DNA of 64,000 bases from Laetmonice hystrix (lineage: Eukaryota): positions 35,652,001-35,716,000 of the forward strand of contig OZ249440.1 in the NCBI GenBank assembly GCA_965235115.1. The letters are read 5' to 3'. This document shows positions 26,701 through 36,367 of the stretch, one piece after another. Below the pieces are notes generated by a model that was given only the letters and a program-made list of their open reading frames with translations, was not told the DNA's origin and searched no databases. Position numbers and translations under genes: made by a program. How positions within the stretch are numbered: position 1 is the first letter of the stretch; every line of letters begins with the position of its first letter.

Positions 26701-27256
26701 TAATTGCCTGTTTGCAGTCATCATTAAACCATGGATTTGAGACATGTTTAGGAATTGTCGAGGTTTTAGGAACCGTCCTGTCTGCAATGGAGATTAAAAG
26801 CGAGGTAAAATCATCCATTGCTTCAGGATCGTTAATGTTGTCTGCTCTGAATTCCTCCCGACAGAGGGCCTGGAAGGAGTGCCAGTCGGCTTTCTTAAGT
26901 TGCCACCTTTGTTGTTTTTGCCCTATACTGGGTCCTTCATATGTAAGGATGGTGGGAAAGTGGTCACTCCCGCAAAGGTCGTCCAAGACCCTCCAGGAGA
27001 AATCCAGCAGCAGATCTGGTTTGGCTATTGCAAGGTCAATGGCTGTATAGGTGCCATGACCAGGATGTAGGTATGTGTTTGAACCATCATTAAAAATGCA
27101 TAGAGCATGATTATCAATGAACTCTTCAATCCTCTTGCCCTTGCCATCAGTTGTGGTGCCACCCCATAAGGGATTGTGGCCATTAAAATCTCCCAAAAGG
27201 AGATACGGAGTTGGCAGTTGACCCACTAAATCATCAAGATCCTGGTGGGCCAAGTT
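23728..27256 (-). mobile_element. Longest copy of the I-group (I/Nimb-like) non-LTR retrotransposon, 5'-truncated within the APE domain
   Basis: LLLGDFNGH / SDHFP (APE), YRPIALTS, DLEKAYD, GVPQGS, FVDD (RT), YTDGSK..SAEARA..SDS..WVPGHVGIPGNEQAD (RNase H), C-terminal CxxC..H..C; 3' UTR stem-loop and (TCAC)n tail. Confidence 0.95.
23906..27256 (-). pseudogene. ORF2 (APE-RT-RNase H-zinc knuckle) of the I-group LINE with one premature stop
   Basis: ORFs 24953-27328 and 23906-24898 are in the same frame; TAG at 24953-24955 where copies near 52294 and 53636 have CAG. Confidence 0.9.
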
Positions 27257-28311
27257 ACTGTACCCAAAGAAGCAAGAAATCTTCGGAAAAGGTGTCGGGA
27301 AGAAAAACATTATTTTATGGAAATTCATACAAATTAGACAAAATAATTTATATAGGAATAGAGGCCGTACGACGGAGCATGCGCATGCAAAACTTGATCG
27401 AAATCATTTTCGCAACTGGCGACTTAGCAGACCCAGTAGTTCAGTTTCGCCGTGATCCGCCAAGTGCCGACTTCTGTGCCAGAGCACAAAACCGGAGTGC
27501 CGCTTTCAGCGACCTCGCCCGGAGAACCGAGTTAGGGGCGCGCAGGCGGACACCAACACTGTGCACTAGCACTAGCAAGGACCCTAGCACTGGCACAAAA
27601 TGACAAACATGCAAAAGAAAACGCCCAAAACAGACGCCCCGTGCAGCCACACTGGACGCCACAGTCGCCACCTAGTGTCTAGGATCGGCATCTCAGGAAA
27701 CCATGGGCCAGTACAAGTCATAGGCGCCAAACGTGTTACGTTGTGGTAATGACCCCCAAAAAGAGGAACAATATTGATTTATTCCAAGTCCAATAATAAT
27801 TAGGATGCAATAAATACCCCTGCATTGTTTACCAGTAATACCCGTAGTTCAAAGTTTCGCCGTGATACGCCAGGTGGCGCGCCGGCAGGGCAGGCTGCAA
27901 TTTCGGGGTGCTTGGCCCGTCACCCCCCGGCGGTCGTGACGTCACGCGCTCGGTGATGGCCTGAAATGGTATATAGTGGTATATTTTCAATCAAAGCCTA
28001 ATGCCCCGTATGTTTGTTTTTAAACACTTGAAAGTGCCCCTGTAAGGAAAATTGGGTTTATTGGTTCATCCGCATGTACATCTTATCTGCCCCAGGTACC
28101 CACCGACCGGACGTGTATTCCCCCAAGGTGTACATCTTCTGTGTCGGTTATAATGGCACAATATATCACCCCAGGTATTTTCACGTGACTACCCTCAGGG
28201 ACTTCGGGTGTAACATCGTGCAGTGATGCTGGGGTCTCTCATTGGTATTCATGTATTCACATGTACCCGTTTTAGACATTCGGCCTTGACCCTGTTGTAT
28301 TCCAGGACGGA

Positions 28312-29357
28312 GTGAGTGAGTGAGTAGTGGTGGTTTTGCGCCGTGTCGGCATCCGGGGCCATCTTCACGGCAAAAAAAACAGAGTTATAAGACCATAAAA
28401 CTAAAGGAACCTATTTTATCCCGGGTCCCAACGGGAACACCACCAAAACACATCTATAAAAGAGTCAGAAGTCCAGCCTCTGACAAGAACTCTAAAATCA
28501 CTCCTGGTCGGATATTGCTAAAAAGATCCCTAAGACTCGTCTCATTATAAAACCTTTGTCTGATGAGAGTAAAATCACCACATTCGAGTAAAAGATGATT
28601 CAGTGTCAAAGGACACTGACAGCCATAACATTCCGGAGGTGGCTCCCCCTTCAATAAAAACACATGAGTTAATCTAGAATGACCAACTCTGCATCGAGTA
28701 AAAACAATTTCATGCCTCCGTTGGGTTAGGCCATGATGATACCTTTGGTTTACGGTGGGACTGATCTGATACAACTTATTGTTTGGTTGTTCATCCCATT
28801 CGGCCTGCCATTTGTTTTTAACATAAGCCCAGATGGTAGGTCTGGGGTCAGAGGCTGGGATTGGACACAATTCGACGTCTGTTTCAAGCACTCTCTTGGC
28901 AGTTCGGTCGGCTTGCTCATTCTCCGGTATGCCAACATGGCCGGGCACCCAGCAAAAGTGAATATCAAAGTTTGCATTGGCATTGGCAAGCACTGCCAAC
29001 TTGGACAAGATTTGGACGATCACTGGGTGATCTGTGTTCAAGTTAGCAAGTGCTTGCAGACAGGATAAGGAATCCGAGAAAATGAGGAAATCCTTTTTGC
29101 CAGAAACTTCAATATCAGTTGTATTCCAGGACGGATTGAGTGAGTGAGTAGTGGTGGTTTTGCGCCGTGTCGGCATCTGGGGCCATCTTCACGGCGAAAA
29201 CATAGTTAAAAGACCATAAAATTTAAGGAACCTATTTTATTCCAGGCCCCAACAGGAACATCATTAAAAGACGCTCCACCCTGTCAGCCCAACAGGGCTT
29301 CCGACGAGCCTGAACTATAAAATAGTCAGCCTCTGACAAAAAACATTGCTAAAAAGA
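28312..29357 (-). mobile_element. Two I-group LINE copies at one site (28312-29116 with 18-bp TSD; 29137-29357)
   Basis: GTTGTATTCCAGGACGGA at 28294-28311 and 29118-29135, directly followed by a second tail. Confidence 0.9.
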
Positions 29358-29372
29358 TGGTAATTTACTATG

Positions 29373-29838
29373 GTAATTTATAACGAGGAACCCATTACGG
29401 GCAGGTCACGTTGACATGACACAATTGGTTTCCCAACAAATTTCAACACATAGATTACACCAGATAATCAAACAAAATACGTAAAATAATAACTATCTTG
29501 ACAGTCCTAAATTATTTACGAACGTTACTGCATAAAGCCTACTTCAATATAAAGGACAAAGTGGAGGATGGCGTCGGATTAGGCTATACAATAAACTGAC
29601 CTTCAAGTTTGACATGTTGCTTCAACGGTGACTTTCAACAAAGTGAATATCAATCACTAGTTCCGGTCATATGACAAATTGATTTAATTGATTTGACCAC
29701 TAGGGGTGTATTTAAAGGAATAGGCACCAGGTGGACACAAGTCGTTTTAACACACACAGAAGAAACATCAAACACATAGCACACAGAAAACACCAACTAC
29801 GAAATTCATTTGTCACCATATGACTTTGGCAACAACAG
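29373..29838 (+). repeat. Repeat of about 465 bp, present again inverted at 39455-39920
   Basis: For example GGCACCAGGTGGACACAAGTCGTTTT (29723) versus AAAACGACTTGTGTCCACCTGGTGCC (39545); scattered mismatches. Confidence 0.85.
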
Positions 29839-30291
29839 CGACTTTACCCCAGGGGTGGACCATCCCGTCGCGGATGTCATGACCATATGACAGACGAAGG
29901 CCACTGATCACCGGATCACCTGAAGCCTGTTGTCAAGCGAGGGCTCTGTTCACCTGACCAACCACTGTATTTCTCAATTTAAAAAAGTGCAACTGTAGTC
30001 GATTTTTAATTTACTTTCCTCACCGGTAACTGCAAAAAACTGTCTTAGCACTTTCTGCCAGTTTGGAAAATTTTTGATTTAAAAAATAACACCAGACACA
30101 CATCCCCAATATTTTCACTATTCCTTTTGAGAAATGTTCATAACTCAATATCCTTTTTGCCTACAACAGTCATATTTTTAACTGTCAACTTAAAAAAAAC
30201 GTGTATACATTACACCTATCCTCCTTTTCAGAAGTCGTGTGACCCACACCACAGATCTTTTTTACCTGATCTCTTTTCTGTTTTATTAAAG

Positions 30292-30850
30292 GACGAAACA
30301 ACAACCTCCATTATGACTAAAAAAGGCAGGCAGATGGACATGCAAAACGTCACACTTGAAGATAACAGTGATGAAATTACTGTTGCTTTATGGCGTGAAG
30401 CTTCAAGCATGCATCTCCCAATAGGAACAAATGTTATCGTAAAGGACTGTCCTCTGGGGTACTTTAACAGTGATACAAATCCACACTATGTTGCCACCAT
30501 CAATCGTCCTGATGATATCGAAGTAAGTAGAAATATATATATATATATATAAATATATTTAAAAACGTTGTAAAACATCCAATTATATTCTGTACATTAT
30601 ATAATTTATAAACTCTTTAGGTTGTTCAGAACACAACAGAGACTGATGTCACCATGGGGCATCTGACAATGGTCCAACCATGAAGATTGTCGACTCGGAA
30701 GGCACATGGTACCAGCTGTCCACAGATGTATTATTGAATGCCTTCAGTGTGGGGAACTTTGACATTATGCTTGACCGTCTACCCCAAACACTTACACTTA
30801 CGATGACTGGGGGCCAAATTGTTGACTGCAAGTACATGTATCTATAGATT
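30292..30850 (+). pseudogene. OB-fold (RPA/SSB-like) coding fragment, two probable exons (30292-30523, 30621-30850)
   Basis: TKKGRQMDMQNVTLEDNSDEITVALWREA resembles the RPA-type OB motif; AG acceptor, GTAAGT donor and TTTAG acceptor present. Confidence 0.5.
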
Positions 30851-30999
30851 TCTATATTAATTAATTTACTACTACTCTGCCATGAAATGACAAAAGGAAG
30901 CAAGTCCAAAAGTTCAAGTTTCGAGAAATGGACATAAACAAGTTGTCTCTACACTGCACTTGGATGGACGTGCTTCCTTCTGTTCTGTGACCGATAGCT

Positions 31000-31341
31000 T
31001 TATAGAAGGATGTTTAGCAGAAATACACCCATTGATAGATAGGACTTACTTCCCTGAATCCAACTTACACTTAAGTCGATTTTGCTGAAAGTTGTAAAGG
31101 GTGCCATAAATGATAAGTTGAGCCTCCACAAGTTTTGTATGATTATTGTGCTTCCAGGCTTCCTCCATAATGGGTATAAGTTTGGATCGCTCCGCTTTGG
31201 TTTGTTCACAATAGTCCTCGTTCATAAATAAGTGTGTACCTTTTAGTTTTGTTTCACTTGCCCACACACTTTGTCTATAGTCCAGGGAGTGGAATTTCAC
31301 AATAATGGGCCGATCACTTCCTTGTCTGGGCTTCCCAATAC
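31000..31341 (-). pseudogene. LINE ORF1 (RRM/CTD-type) C-terminal fragment
   Basis: RIG..RPIIVKFHS..KLKGTHLFMNEDY..ERSKL..LIIYGTLY pattern of CR1/L1-type ORF1. Confidence 0.7.
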
Positions 31342-31477
31342 GCCTCTGACCTCAGACCTACCATCTGGGCTTATGTTAAAAACAAATGGCAGGCCGAATG
31401 GGACGAACAACCAAACAATAAGTTGTATCAGATCAGTCCCATCGTAAACCAAAGGTATCATCATGGCCTAACCCAAC
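31342..31477 (+). mobile_element. The only plus-strand I-group LINE fragment in the window (internal, no tail)
   Basis: Encodes ASDLRPTIWAYVKNKWQAEWDEQPNNKLYQISP, as in the minus-strand copies. Confidence 0.9.
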
Positions 31478-31906
31478 TGTAGCGTTCCCCAGGGAAAACT
31501 GACGCAAACAGTCATGAGTGGTTCCAACCTGTTTTATTCGACGCGCACAGCCGTGCGGCACCATCCAAAGTTAGGCGTCGCCATGCGTAACTATGCGTAG
31601 CAAAGCTCAGCTATGAGCAGCATACGGCATGCGGTGAACTACAAAGCATAAATAAGCAAGCAAATAAGGCTAGGCACACAAAGTAAGGAACATGCGTTAT
31701 ATCAAGCTAAGGCAATAACCAAAGCGCACATGAGCAATGCATCTGCTAACATTAGAAACTCTACGTATTTCAGGCTTACAGAACATTACACTGCACACGA
31801 ACCATGCATACATGTAACTGAATATCGCATACAAATCACATGTCTTACAACATAACACGCGAGCAACACTTACTTCAAACATGCGCCCTTCAGGGAAACG
31901 CCATCA
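31478..31906. mobile_element. Probable solo LTR
   Basis: TG...CA ends with imperfect short inverted termini (TGTAGCGTTCCCC / GGGAAACGCCATCA); AATAAA on the minus strand; no TSD seen. Confidence 0.5.
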
Positions 31907-31950
31907 GACACATAATATCGCCTTTATACCCTTAGTACGTAAGGGCACCA

Positions 31951-32469
31951 TTGCATGCACACGACGAAGGCGGCAGCCAAACTCTTATAATGAGCAGGCC
32001 AAACCACAGTATTGGATTCTACAGTAAGCATTCTCCCTTAAGTAACTTTTACCCCTGCACTGTCGCTATGAACAATGAGAAATTTAACTCAGCTGAACAA
32101 GCATTTCAAACCCATAAAGCTCGCGCCGCAGGTCGAGATGATCTAGCTAAGAAAATTATGCTGCAAACTGACTGCCTTGCCATGATGAGACTAGGTAACC
32201 TGGCAAAACCAAGGAGGGAGTCGGGCTGGCTTCAAAAAAGGGAAGAAGTAATGAAGTCCACTCTTTTGGCAAAGTTTTCTCAGAATGTTACTCTCCAGCA
32301 GAAACTTGAGGCTACGGCCAATCTGACCCTTATCGAGACCACTCGAGACCACTTCTGGGGGGCCGGTGTTATGATGAATGCGGCTGCACTGACGGACAGG
32401 ACCTGGTCAGGGCAAAACACACTTGGGAAGCTTTTAGCTGAAGTACGGTCTTACTTCAGAAACAAATGA
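31951..32469 (+). CDS. NADAR (YbiA-like) domain, apparently the C-terminus of a LINE ORF1
   Basis: FYS..PLSNFYP..FNSAEQAFQ..KA..VM..LLAKFSQN..L..T..LIE...D.FWG.G..GQN.LGKLL..VR; open frame, about 200 bp upstream of a LINE ORF2. Confidence 0.8.
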   Translation: MHAHDEGGSQTLIMSRPNHSIGFYSKHSPLSNFYPCTVAMNNEKFNSAEQAFQTHKARAAGRDDLAKKIMLQTDCLAMMRLGNLAKPRRESGWLQKREEVMKSTLLAKFSQNVTLQQKLEATANLTLIETTRDHFWGAGVMMNAAALTDRTWSGQNTLGKLLAEVRSYFRNK

Positions 32470-32675
32470 ACCCCGAAAGCATTCTCTCAGTGTGCCTACG
32501 CTGTTATAGTCCTTTAGCTTGTGCCTAACTTAACTTTATTAAATTAACGTGACTGAATTTATTATTAAGTTTGTTCTCTTCTTGGTGGTATATTCTTGAA
32601 TCGATTTAATGTGGTATGTTTCTGGTGGTTATCGCTATGGTCTCAGCCATAATTGTATCTGTAAAATAATTATAA

Positions 32676-34070
32676 ATGGCTAGTGAATGTCTCTGTGGAA
32701 ATGTGACTCAAAACGTCTTTCAGTGTTGTTTATCAACTTTGTTCCCCTTTCAAAATGTTGATTTTGATAATGATAATGATAAAATGCCTATGTGTAACTT
32801 AACCCAAGAACAGTTTGTTTTTATCGAAAACGAGAGTGATCTGTGTGAGTGGGAAAGGGATTGTGACCCTGACTATAACCTATTTGGGGGTGTTAATACT
32901 GATTGTGAATATCATGATACTGAAGACTTCTTGAAGGGGCAAATGCACCCGTACTCATTTGTTTGAACATTAGAAGTGTTCCTAAAAACTTGGAGCAGCT
33001 TGTAACTTTGCTAAGTCCTGTATTGGAACACTGTCATCTGCTTAACTGAGACCTGGTTTAATATGTGCAATGTCGACTTATACTCTTACTAACTGTAAAA
33101 GAGGAGGCACAGCTTATTATATGAAAAATTTATGTTTCTCATGTCCACATATTGAAAGCGTGTTTGTCAAGGTCGCCCTGTTAGGCAATACAAAGGCCGT
33201 TATTGGATGTATTTATAGGCCTCCCCAGGGTGATATTGACAGTTTTAATGAGCAGGTCACGAACCACTCAAATGATGTGGTGTACATATGTGGTGATATC
33301 AACCTTGATCTCCTCCGTGTTCGAGATAACTGTAAAATTTCAACTTTCTTCAATCTTATGGTAACTAGCGACTTTTTCCCTATTGTAACTAAACCCACTC
33401 GCTGGGCACAAAGTAGCAAAACCTTAATTGACAATATATTTATTAAGAACGGTCATAACTTAGGTGGAGGGATAGTTTTTACGGACATAAGTGACCATTT
33501 TTTAATTTATAGTTATATGCAGGTCAAAGTAAAGAGTTGCCATAAGAAGGCAATTAAAATTAGGGACTTTTCCTTTAAAAACAGAAATAATTTTGTTTTT
33601 GATCTTAGTCAATTCGATTGGTCAACCTAAAAGAAATGCAAGCTGCTTATAGTTACTTACATCAAATTATTCGTAAAAAAATCGAACAGCATATTAAGGT
33701 GAAAAGTGTTGGAAGTAAGTACAAAGATAAGCTACCGGGGGTTACTAACGAATTAAAGGTGGAAATAAAAAGGAAGAATAAACTTTACAGTAAATCAAAA
33801 AGATACCCAACCCAGCTTAATAAAACCCAGCTTAATAAAAATATCTATAAGAAATTCAAAAGAATTCTTGCTAAAAAGATGTCTAATGTAAAGAGATCTT
33901 ATTACAATAACAAACTTGATGAACATAAATCAAATGTTAGAATGTATTGGGAGATAATTAGAGAATTACTGAACAAGGATAAAAAGGTGGAATATCCGAC
34001 ATATTTTAATGAATCAGGGACCTCAATTAACGATGAATGTGTCATTTCAAATAAGTTTAATGATTTCTTT
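32676..34070 (+). mobile_element. CR1/L2-group (Crack-like) LINE ORF2 5' part, APE endonuclease, frameshifted
   Basis: DPDYN, NIRS, LTETW, IGCIYRPP, CGDINLDLL, KPTR, LIDNIF, ISDHF. Confidence 0.85.
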
Positions 34071-34686
34071 CAGACCTTTCAGACTCTTGACAGTGCGTCG
34101 TTGATCTATCAGGACATGCAGCTTGTCCTTGGAGAGCGGGTTCTCACTGATAAGATGAAAAAAACATACAAGGCACTCAGCATGAAAGTAAAAGCTACAG
34201 GGGATAAGACATTCACACAGGAGGAAATGGAAGACCATGGTAGGGATGTCAAAGGCCTGGTAAATGACCATTTCAATTTGGAGTGTCTAGAAACCGTCAG
34301 CAAGCAGCTAGACCTGTTCCTGCTGTGGAGTTGATGCTTACTCCCAAAGGACATCCATTGGCAGTCAAAACTTTCCAATAGAAAACCACTTCAATATACT
34401 GAACAAGGACTTTCTGCGGGGAGCAAAGCATTTATCCCCTGCCGACTATATTGTCAGGTGGCTTCCCATTTTAAATGAGCGCGCCACTGACCATAGTGCG
34501 CATGCGCAAGGGGGCGCTCTCGACCACTCCTGGCTACTAGAACACATTGTCCTAAGTCTCTGTCTCTAAATCCCACTAGATTTGCTGGCAGCGGTACGCT
34601 TTGTCTAAAGCAAGCTGAACTCCCGGTGGTAAGTTTTCTGGGCATCTGAGCGCCAGCACTCTTACTCTTGGTCCTAGTCATCCAAC

Positions 34687-36149
34687 ATGGCCGCTGAGCA
34701 TGTTTTCCGAACCCCTGGGCAGCTGGATATCGTCAACGGCAACGTTGCGGAGAACTTCCATAAGTGGCGACAGCAATTCGAAGTTTACATGTCTGCTAGT
34801 GGGATCGACGATAAGCCTGCCAGGACTAAGGCTGCTATCATCCTTAATCTGGCGGGGGAAGATGTGTTGGAGATCTCGAATCACCTAGTCTTTGCTCCTG
34901 AACGACCTGGTGGTGGTGTCATTGCTGCTGAAAATTGGGATCAACCGGACACTTTACTCGTGAAGCTCGAGCAATACTGTAGTCCTCATAAAAGTGAAGT
35001 CTACGAAAGCTACAAATTCTGGACTAGTCCTCTACTCTCACCTATTGATCATTTTGTGGCGGATCTTAGGACGAAGGCCAAGTCGTGTAACTTCGGTGAG
35101 TCTACTGATCGAATGCTTCGTGATAAAATCATGTTCACCATAGCTGACTCTAATCTCAAAGCCCGACTCATCCGGGAACAGGATAATCTACCACTGCACA
35201 GGCTAATTGACATTTGCCGGGCCTACGAAATAACTGTGGGCCAAGTGAAGGACATTTTTCTGCAGGCCCCACACCACTCAGTGTAAATAAACTGCAGGCT
35301 GGCAAGCAACAAAACAGGTATAAAAACCCCTAGAAATCTGCGAGGCCTAATTTCAGACCAGAGACTGCTAAGGTCAGGCGTGGGGTGAAAGACTGTAAAT
35401 TTTGTGACACTCAGCATGTCTTACGTAAGGAGCTGTGTCCGGCGTGGGGAAAGACGTGCCATCACTGTAAACAACTGAATCACTTTGCCAGCAAGTGTCC
35501 TAGAAAGTCAAGGTCAAACATACATGCTCTTGAGGAGGTACCTACTACTGACTCTCAGTCAGTACTGGATAAATCTGCCTCCGACCGTCAGCAACTGTGT
35601 GCTCTCATGACAGTTCAGGACCAGGATGTGAAGTTCCAGCTTGACAGCGGGGCAGAAATCAACACCATCTGCCAGCGTCATATCGACTCCTCCTTGATAA
35701 CTCCTACTCGACGAAAGCTCGTAGCCTGGAATGGAGCACCGGTCGACCCCATTGGTGAGGCTAAACTTCGAGTTACAAACCCTGTGACTGGTGAGTGTCA
35801 TAATGTCCTCTTCATCGTTGTGTCTGATGACCTGTCGAACTTACTTGGACTCCCAACCGTTACTGACATGGACTTGATCACTGTCAACGACAACACCTTT
35901 AAAGTAGCATCTGTTGGGGTCACCACTATACTTGACCAATTTCGCAGTGTTTTTGGTACATCTATTGGCAAATTACAAGGAAAAGTGAAGCTCCACACTA
36001 AGTATGACTGTACTCCACAAGTCCTGCCTGCTCGGAGGATTCCGTTTGCCATACACGACAAGGTTCGTGCTGAACTTGATCGACTGATGACCTGGGGATC
36101 TTGACCCCTTTTAGTGAGCCAACCGATTGGGTGAACCAAATGGCCGTTG
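34687..36149 (+). mobile_element. Gypsy (Mag-like) gag-protease-RT start
   Basis: GNVAENFHKWRQQF gag; CKFC..H..CPAWGKTCHHCKQLNHF..C; FQLDSGA; RRIPFA..EPTDWVNQMAVV, then an I tail. Confidence 0.9.
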
Positions 36150-36367
36150 TGAGTGAGTGAGTGAGTAGTGGTGGTTTTGCGCCGTGTCGGCATCCGGGGC
36201 CATCTTCACGGCGAAAACAGAGTTATAAGACCATAAAATCAAAGGAACCTATTTTATCCCGGGTCCCAACAGGAACACCACCAAAACACATCTAAGAGTC
36301 AGAAGTCCAGCCTCTGACAAGAACTCTAAAATGACTCCTGGTCTGACATTGCTAAAAAGATCCTTAA

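Noticed and set aside
27432..27880. Two TTTCGCCGTGA motifs complementary to the I stem-loop
   Set aside because: An 11-nt match within a locally duplicated segment of about 40 bp; too short to separate from chance.
33618..34334. 238-aa ORF as one protein
   Set aside because: Chimeric read-through from the LINE ORF2 linker into an unrelated fragment at about 34070.
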